Positions 26,806-32,000 of a stretch of 32,000 nt of DNA are shown here, in pieces. The notes under the pieces are model-generated. The model did no database searches. It was not told where the DNA came from and saw nothing but the letters and a program-made list of their open reading frames with translations. This DNA comes from an uncultured Alphaproteobacteria bacterium (lineage in GTDB: Bacteria; Pseudomonadota; Alphaproteobacteria; Rhizobiales; Xanthobacteraceae): NCBI GenBank assembly GCA_963802745.1, contig CAWDKL010000049.1, positions 155,247 to 187,246 of the forward strand, in the 5' to 3' direction. The translations under genes and the position numbers were made by a program. Position 1 is the stretch's first letter. Every line of letters begins with the position of its first letter.

Positions 26806-27162
26806 GTGCCGAAAACTTCCCCCCGACAAAACAAAACCACTGGCCGCGTTATGCACGAGTTCAAGCACGGCGAACTGCGTAGCGGGCCGGAAGGAAAGGG
26901 TGGCGAGGTAAAAAGCCGTCGCCAAGCCATCGCGATCGCCCTAAGCGAAGCGGGTGCTTCTCAGTATCAAAGCGAACGGGAGAACAGAAGGCGCTTCACG
27001 CATACCGAGGCCAAGGAAGCCCGCGGTGAGACCAGTCAACAGGAGCAGGAGGGTAAATCCCATGTCGGCGCGGGCGGATCGCGTGGCAGCAGCACGGCTG
27101 GCGGTGGACACCGCGGCACCCAGACTGGGTCCCGAGCGGCTGGTCGCCGTGGGGCGAACTGA
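26806..27162 (+). CDS. Small conserved stress-associated protein (DUF6496-like)
   Basis: The conserved core is GRVMHEFKHGELRSGPEGKGGEVKSRRQAIAIALSEAGAS, followed by a charged, Gly/Ser-rich tail. GTG 26806 was chosen by analogy to homologues that start MPK...; ATG 26779 is the alternative. The family name is from memory. Confidence 0.7.
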   Translation: MPKTSPRQNKTTGRVMHEFKHGELRSGPEGKGGEVKSRRQAIAIALSEAGASQYQSERENRRRFTHTEAKEARGETSQQEQEGKSHVGAGGSRGSSTAGGGHRGTQTGSRAAGRRGAN

Positions 27163-27332
27163 CCGAAGGGCCGGTGCAACTGCGTAGCTATAATCTCCGC
27201 ACCGGCGGCCTTTACCGAACGAGCCCGGATTTGGGGGCAGCCCAACTAACTATCCGGACCTCGCGACGCTTGATTTGCCGGGTCGAGGCGCGGTGGTCAC
27301 AGATCGATTGCCATGAGAAAGCAATTCGCCCA

Positions 27333-27357
27333 GGAACCAAACAGATGGCATCCCGAT
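27333..27357 (+). promoter_or_regulatory. EcfG-like motif with variant -10 (GGAAC-N16-CGAT)
   Basis: ggaac(27333-37)-caaacagatggcatcc-cgat(27354-57), 173 nt upstream of the PA2169-family gene. Confidence 0.3.
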
Positions 27358-27446
27358 TATCCATCAGCAGCATGCGTCACCGTGCGAGTATCATGACCCG
27401 AGGATTCGCAACGCGAGTATATGCGCTCTCTTGCTGCTCTCCATAT

Positions 27447-27474
27447 AAATGCAGCGTTGGGAGACGCTGCATTT
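27447..27474 (+). other. Perfect 11-bp stem / 6-nt loop hairpin in an intergenic region
   Basis: aaatgcagcgt-tgggag-acgctgcattt, about 55 nt upstream of GTG 27530. Confidence 0.5.
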
Positions 27475-27529
27475 AATCCTGAGCTCGCTGGCAAGGGCTC
27501 TAACCCTCTGAACTTTCCGGAGACAATCA

Positions 27530-27979
27530 GTGGATACAGATCTGATCCATGCACTCAAAACGTTGCATACGCACGCTATTGATGCGCGTAACGGTTACGA
27601 GGAAGCGCTCGACGATGCGGAAGGCCGTGGCATGACGCCGCTATTTCGCGATATGATTTCGCTCCACAATGAGAACGCGGACGAGCTTTCCGCCGAACTC
27701 GGACGCTTGGGGCAGCGCCCGGATGACAACGGCTCATTCATGAGCACCGTCCACCGTACAATCATGAGCATTCGCTCGCTGTTCGGAGGTCTCGACGCCA
27801 GTGTCGTACCTGGCTTGGTTGACGGCGAAAAACGAAACGTATCAGCTTACGCCGATGCACTCAAACAGCAGGACGTCAAGGGGGAGACGCGTGGGCTGCT
27901 TGAGAAGCAGAGGGCCCGCATTGAAGCCGCGATAGCGGTGATGCAGAGCGACGCGGCGCCTCGACGTAAAACGGGTTGA
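27530..27979 (+). CDS. PA2169/DUF2383-family four-helix-bundle (ferritin-like) protein
   Basis: 149 aa. The GTG start is preceded by ggaga. LKTLHTHAIDARNGYEEALDDAE ... VDGEKRNVSAYADAL is typical of this family. Confidence 0.8.
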   Translation: MDTDLIHALKTLHTHAIDARNGYEEALDDAEGRGMTPLFRDMISLHNENADELSAELGRLGQRPDDNGSFMSTVHRTIMSIRSLFGGLDASVVPGLVDGEKRNVSAYADALKQQDVKGETRGLLEKQRARIEAAIAVMQSDAAPRRKTG

Positions 27980-28060
27980 CAAAAGACCCGCGGCTCGAAA
28001 TGCTCGCGGTGATCCGGACGGACGTTGCGAAGGTGCACCGCGAGAGCCAGTGCGTGTCGC

Positions 28061-28079
28061 GACGGGTTGCCAACCCGTC
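28061..28079 (+). terminator. Short hairpin followed by a TATAT stretch, downstream of the PA2169-family gene
   Basis: gacgggt-tgcca-acccgtc, then tatatcaa. Confidence 0.3.
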
Positions 28080-28449
28080 TATATCAAGCTAAACGCGCTC
28101 CAAACGTCACCTACTGATTGCTGAGGGTGCGCGGCGCGGGCGTAACTGTTGCCAGCCCTATCGGGCTCGGGACCTGCGCCGATTGCCCCGCTCCGCACCA
28201 TTCCTGTTATGAGCATTACCCTTAATTTGGGCAGGCACCGCAGCGGTAATACCGGATCAATGCGCCCTGATGCACCATCATGATGACGCTCGAATGCCGC
28301 AAGTGGTTCCGGAGTCGCCAGGGTGGCCACATGGATGAAGCAATGGCGGACCGATTCCGCTCGCTGGACGTCCCCATTGGCCGCATCCGGCCTGCCAGAT
28401 GCAAGAGGTCAGGCAAGGGCACGGCATGAAGTTTATGTGGACTGCCGAT

Positions 28450-28474
28450 GGAACGGATTGGTTGCCCGAACGTT
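28450..28474 (+). promoter_or_regulatory. EcfG-type promoter motif GGAAC-N16-CGTT
   Basis: ggaac(28450-54)-ggattggttgcccgaa-cgtt(28471-74). It lies inside the first codons of the track ORF, 27 nt upstream of an SD-preceded in-frame GTG (28502). Confidence 0.6.
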
Positions 28475-28501
28475 TTGTCAGGTTATGCATGGAGAAGCAG
28501 C

Positions 28502-30796
28502 GTGGATAATCTGTCAGTCTTGCGCGCCGTCTTTGACGCGGCGCCTGACTGCATCACGATCATCTCGGCGAGCGGCGTGCTCCTGGAGATAAACGCCGCC
28601 GGGCGAAGCATCTTCGAGGCAAGTGATATCAGCCTTAAGGGAGCCTCCGTCTATGATGTTATCGTTCCGGAGTTCCGTGGAACCTGGAAAGCGATGCATG
28701 AAAGGGTTTGCAACGGAGAGAAGCTGACTTGGGAATTCGATATCGTCGGATTTCGCGGAACGCGCCGACATATGGAAACGCACGCCGTACCCCTGCCGAT
28801 GCCGGATGGCAGCGTCGCACACCTGGCGATCGCGCGCGACGTGACACGGCGCGACGCAAACGAACGGAGGATACTGAATAGCGAGCCGCGTTATCGGCAG
28901 ATGTTGCAGGCATTGCCTTTGCCGATCTACACGACGGACTTGGAAGGGCACATTACGTTCTATAATGAGGCGGCCGCGGACTTCGCCGGCTGCCGGCCGA
29001 CCCTGGGAGAACAGTGGGGCGTGATCTGGCGCGTCTATCGCCTGGATGGGACAGCCCTGCCGCCCGATCAATGTCCCATCGCTACAGCCCTTAGGGAGGG
29101 GCGGCCGGTTCGCCGCATGGATGCGATAGCCGAACGTCCGGATGGTACCAAGGTGCGATTCACGCTTTATCCAACGCCGTTGCGCGATAGTTCCGGCCAG
29201 CCGATTGGATGCATCAATCTTCTCATGGACCTAACCGAAAAGTACGAAGCACAAGCGGTTTCTGAGCGACTGGCATCCATCGTGGAATCGTCCGACGACG
29301 CGATTGTTAGCAAAACGCTCGACGGGATCGTGACCTCATGGAATGCCGGCGCAATGCGCATCTTCGGGTACGAAGCGGCGGAAATGATCGGGCAACCGAT
29401 CATGCGTATCATACCGCCTGAATTACGGGATGAGGAAAGGCGAATTATTGCCAGCCTCAAGCAGGGTTTGCGTGTGGCGCATTATGAAACCGTGCGCATT
29501 ACCAAGGATTTCCGCCGTGTCAACATTTCTCTCACTGTGTCACCTTTATACGACAAACTTGGAAATGTAATAGGCGCGTCCAAAGTTGCGCGCGACATCA
29601 CGGAGCGCAAAAGGGCTGAAAAACTGCAGCGTCTGCTGTTGGACGAACTCAACCATCGCGTCAAAAATACCCTGGCGATCATCCAGGCGATTGCGCGCCA
29701 ATCGTTGCGCCACACCAAGAGCCCAAGTGAATTCGTAGCCGCCTTCACCGGGCGCGTGAACGCGCTCGCGCGCGCCCACGATTTGCTGACGATGACCAAG
29801 CTGCAGAGCTCCAATCTGCAAGAACTGGTGCGGGACCAAGTGATGTTGGGTGGCGAGGAAGACGATCGGATCACTTGCGCGGGTCCATTGGTACTGATCG
29901 ATCCGCAAAAGACAGTGCATTTGGCGTTGGTGCTGCACGAACTCGCCACGAATGCCCGCAAGTATGGCGCCTTATCGGTGCCTAAGGGCCGGCTATCGGT
30001 GTCTTGGGAGGTCCGGAGGGCAGATCAGCGGAGCCTTTTCATGATTTGGGAGGAGCGTAATGGACCGATCACCATTGCTCCGTTTCAGCGCGGTTTCGGC
30101 AGTATCCTCATTGAACGAACCCTGTCCGGCCATGGCGGCGAGGCCACGATTGAGTACAAAAGTACTGGTCTCGTGTGCCAAATCACGCTCCCCCTGCCGG
30201 AGCTGGCCCAGTCCGCCGGGACGCCGGCCGGCGGAGAGGATCATTCCACGTTCGATCCCGGGGCGGATAGCGCTTTGCGGCTTCAAGGCACGCGCATAAT
30301 CGTTGTAGAAGACGAACCGCTTATTGCCCTGGATATGGAATCGATCCTCATTGCGGCGGGCTGCGAAATTGCAGGGTCGGCGGGAAGCTTGGAGAAGGCC
30401 AAAGCCCTGGTTGCGCGAGCTGAGTTCGATGCAGCGCTCCTCGACGTGAACCTGGGCGGCAACTCGGTCGGTGAACTTGCGGCGGCGCTTATCCAGCGGA
30501 ATGTGCCGTTCGCGTTCGTGACCGGATACGGTCGCGAAGCGCTGCCGGAAGGTTTTCAAGATATGGTCGCCGTCAGGAAGCCCGCGGGCCAAAAGGAATT
30601 GCTCGCCGTCGTCCAGCGGTTGGTCAGCCGAAGCGCTCCCACGACCGTTCCGCAGCCCGCCGACGGACCGTCGAACCGTCCGCGCGGTCCCATGGGCCGC
30701 CAGCCTGATTTCCCGACGCCGTACATGCAAGACGCTATGAAAACGAATTCAAAGGCGGCTGCCGAAGCTGCCGCGAAACCCACCGTAGATGAGTGA
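28502..30796 (+). CDS. Hybrid sensor histidine kinase: 3 PAS domains, HisKA_2/HWE kinase core, C-terminal receiver
   Basis: The H-box is [19 protein letters not shown] (His codon 29654-56). The HWE signature is [10 protein letters not shown]...GFGSILIE. The receiver is [11 protein letters not shown]...LLDVNLGG (Asp codon 30443-45)...VRKP. GTG 28502 (ggaga SD at 28491-95) is preferred; ATG 28448 is the track alternative. Confidence 0.9.
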   Translation: MDNLSVLRAVFDAAPDCITIISASGVLLEINAAGRSIFEASDISLKGASVYDVIVPEFRGTWKAMHERVCNGEKLTWEFDIVGFRGTRRHMETHAVPLPMPDGSVAHLAIARDVTRRDANERRILNSEPRYRQMLQALPLPIYTTDLEGHITFYNEAAADFAGCRPTLGEQWGVIWRVYRLDGTALPPDQCPIATALREGRPVRRMDAIAERPDGTKVRFTLYPTPLRDSSGQPIGCINLLMDLTEKYEAQAVSERLASIVESSDDAIVSKTLDGIVTSWNAGAMRIFGYEAAEMIGQPIMRIIPPELRDEERRIIASLKQGLRVAHYETVRITKDFRRVNISLTVSPLYDKLGNVIGASKVARDITERKRAEKLQRLLLDELNHRVKNTLAIIQAIARQSLRHTKSPSEFVAAFTGRVNALARAHDLLTMTKLQSSNLQELVRDQVMLGGEEDDRITCAGPLVLIDPQKTVHLALVLHELATNARKYGALSVPKGRLSVSWEVRRADQRSLFMIWEERNGPITIAPFQRGFGSILIERTLSGHGGEATIEYKSTGLVCQITLPLPELAQSAGTPAGGEDHSTFDPGADSALRLQGTRIIVVEDEPLIALDMESILIAAGCEIAGSAGSLEKAKALVARAEFDAALLDVNLGGNSVGELAAALIQRNVPFAFVTGYGREALPEGFQDMVAVRKPAGQKELLAVVQRLVSRSAPTTVPQPADGPSNRPRGPMGRQPDFPTPYMQDAMKTNSKAAAEAAAKPTVDE

Positions 30797-30928
30797 TACG
30801 AGAAACAGCACAAGCGCCACCACAAAGACGATCTTCGCAATGCCGACAGCCGCGCCGGCAATTCCGCCAAATCCCAACACGCCGGCGATCAAAGCAATCA
30901 CCAGAAGCGTAATCACAAGCTGTAACAT
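30749..30928 (-). CDS. DUF1328 (UPF0391) small membrane protein
   Basis: 59 aa from ATG 30928 (ggagaga SD). The signature is [28 protein letters not shown]. Confidence 0.85.
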   Translation of the reverse strand: MLQLVITLLVIALIAGVLGFGGIAGAAVGIAKIVFVVALVLFLVSLIYGGFRGSFGSRL

Positions 30929-31180
30929 GGCCTCTCTCCAAAGTGTGTTTACGTGGGAAAACAATACACTATAGGGGTGAATAGTTCCATCGTTGCGAGA
31001 AGATAGTGGTCAACCCGAAATCGGCCGAAATTAGCCTCGAAGGTCAACCTGCGTACCGGGTCATTCGCCGACCTTACGCTTACATGCGCCGCCAGCCATA
31101 TCCTCTCTAATCCCCCGCAGGGTCAACCAGCATCGCCCGCTCTGACCGAGCCGGCGTCGCCAAGCCAGCGTTGCCAAGCC

Positions 31181-31205
31181 GGAACTTTCATGACATCCGA
31201 GCGTT
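31181..31205 (+). promoter_or_regulatory. EcfG-type promoter motif GGAAC-N16-CGTT
   Basis: ggaac(31181-85)-tttcatgacatccgag-cgtt(31202-05), 32 nt before the DUF3309 ATG. Confidence 0.65.
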
Positions 31206-31236
31206 CATAGATCGAGATGGTTACTGGGAGATACCA

Positions 31237-31392
31237 ATGCTTTCGACCGTGCTGATTGTTGTCCTGATCCTGATCTTGATCGGAGCACTGCCGACGTGGG
31301 GATACAGCGGCAACTGGGGATACGCCCCTGGCGGCGTTGTTGCAGTTATACTGCTTATTGTCGTGTTTTTGGCTCTACAGGGGCAGATATAA
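31237..31392 (+). CDS. DUF3309-family small membrane protein
   Basis: 51 aa: MLSTVLIVVLILILIGALPTWGYSGNWGYAPGG.... gggaga precedes ATG 31237. Confidence 0.8.
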   Translation: MLSTVLIVVLILILIGALPTWGYSGNWGYAPGGVVAVILLIVVFLALQGQI

Positions 31393-31506
31393 CAAACGCG
31401 GACTCACATCCGAAGCGCACCATGTCAGCTTGAACGGCATGGCGGCGCACACGGAGGGAACGGTTGGGCTCAAGGGCTCCTGCCGCGGATACCACAGATT
31501 CCAAAA

Positions 31507-31591
31507 TGGTGCGGTCGAGAGGACTCGAACCTCCACGAGTTGCCCCACTAGCACCTCAAGCTAGCGCGTCTACCAGTTCCGCCACGACCGC
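31507..31591 (-). tRNA. tRNA-Leu (anticodon GAG), type II with long variable arm, CCA encoded
   Basis: The reverse complement is GCGGTCGTGGCGGAACTGGTAGACGCGCTAGCTTGAGGTGCTAGTGGGGCAACTCGTGGAGGTTCGAGTCCTCTCGACCGCACCA. The acceptor stem is GCGGTCG/CGACCGC. The anticodon stem is CTAGC/GCTAG with loop TTGAGGT. The T-loop is GGTTCGAGTCC. Confidence 0.93.
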
Positions 31592-31797
31592 ATCGGGGTG
31601 ACGCCCAGGCCCGAGGGCCAAAGCATCAAGGCAACGGCGTGCATGTAACAAATCGCCGACGCCGGGACAAGGGCCAGAGATGGCCTGATCAGGGCAATCG
31701 GGTGAAGAAGCAGTGGAGAAGTCGTGAAGGGGGTAGTGACAACTGGGTAAATTGCTGAATCTGTGGCGGTCCTCTGATTCGGGTAACGGAGGATGTG

Positions 31798-32000
31798 ATG
31801 GATGAGCCTTGGGCGGCGCTCGCGGCGGTTAGTGAAGTGACTTGTTTTCTATTCTATTTCAAGGACTTGCCGGATCCTCGGCAGAGCCACAAAGTGATGT
31901 ATCCGCTCGCCGAGGTGCTGCTGTTGTGCCTGCTTGCGGTGCTGGCCGGGTCGAACGGCGCGGTGGATATCGCTAAGTTTGGAGAGAAGAAGCTCGCGGT
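31798..32000 (+). CDS. ISAs1-family (H-repeat-associated) transposase, N-terminal part; runs off the window
   Basis: The translation is MDEPWAALAAVSEVTCFLFYFKDLPDPRQSHKVMYPLAEVLLLCLLAVLAGSNGAVDIAKFGEKKLA. It matches the DDE_Tnp_1-associated N-terminal domain (compare E. coli YhhI: [40 protein letters not shown]). ggagga precedes the ATG. Confidence 0.8.
   Translation, partial: MDEPWAALAAVSEVTCFLFYFKDLPDPRQSHKVMYPLAEVLLLCLLAVLAGSNGAVDIAKFGEKKLA

Noticed and set aside
27980-28447. A 470-bp stretch upstream of the kinase, with overlapping 66-89-aa ORFs on both strands.
   Set aside because: None of the ORFs has a Shine-Dalgarno, family motifs or plausible composition. It is treated as intergenic, containing a weak terminator hairpin and the kinase promoter region.
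1-32000. Search for CRISPR arrays, rRNA genes, integrase/recombinase genes and phage structural genes.
   Set aside because: No regularly spaced short direct repeats were seen, nor rRNA-like conserved blocks or integrase/phage motifs, in any frame of the ORF track.

Overview
High-GC window, probably alphaproteobacterial (Bradyrhizobiaceae-like; inferred from repeat families and promoter motifs). It is about 80% coding and mixes housekeeping-type enzymes with accessory content. All calls are by-eye reading of the ORF track and sequence, with no database search. Left to right: (1) a gene running in from upstream, encoding a COR-like domain fused to a C-terminal TIR domain. (2) Metabolic genes: a 3-hydroxyisobutyrate-dehydrogenase-like oxidoreductase, a CBS-pair protein, an M20 amidohydrolase, a FAD monooxygenase and a two-subunit 2Fe-2S/molybdopterin oxidoreductase. 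These are interleaved with an IS66 transposase remnant and three VapC(PIN)-type toxin-antitoxin pairs within 5.5 kb. (3) An orphan receiver, a transglutaminase-like protein, and an RlpA-like gene bracketed by two 168-bp structured repeats. (4) A DyP-peroxidase/encapsulin nanocompartment operon. The cargo carries the SLGIGSLKG targeting tail, and its GXXDG catalytic motif reads G-F-V-N-G (Asp to Asn). (5) A gene-decay zone holding at least four gene fragments and a doubly frameshifted DegP/HtrA. (6) A dense cluster of small stress proteins (DUF2171, DJ-1/PfpI, DUF4142, DUF6496-like, PA2169-family, DUF1328, DUF3309) and a PAS-HWE hybrid kinase. Five of these genes are preceded by exact GGAAC-N16/17-CGTT (EcfG general-stress sigma) motifs. 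(7) tRNA-Leu(GAG) followed by an ISAs1-family transposase that runs off the right edge. No CRISPR array or rRNA was seen. The most notable items are the EcfG-promoter island with its kinase, the variant DyP-encapsulin system and the truncated COR-TIR gene.
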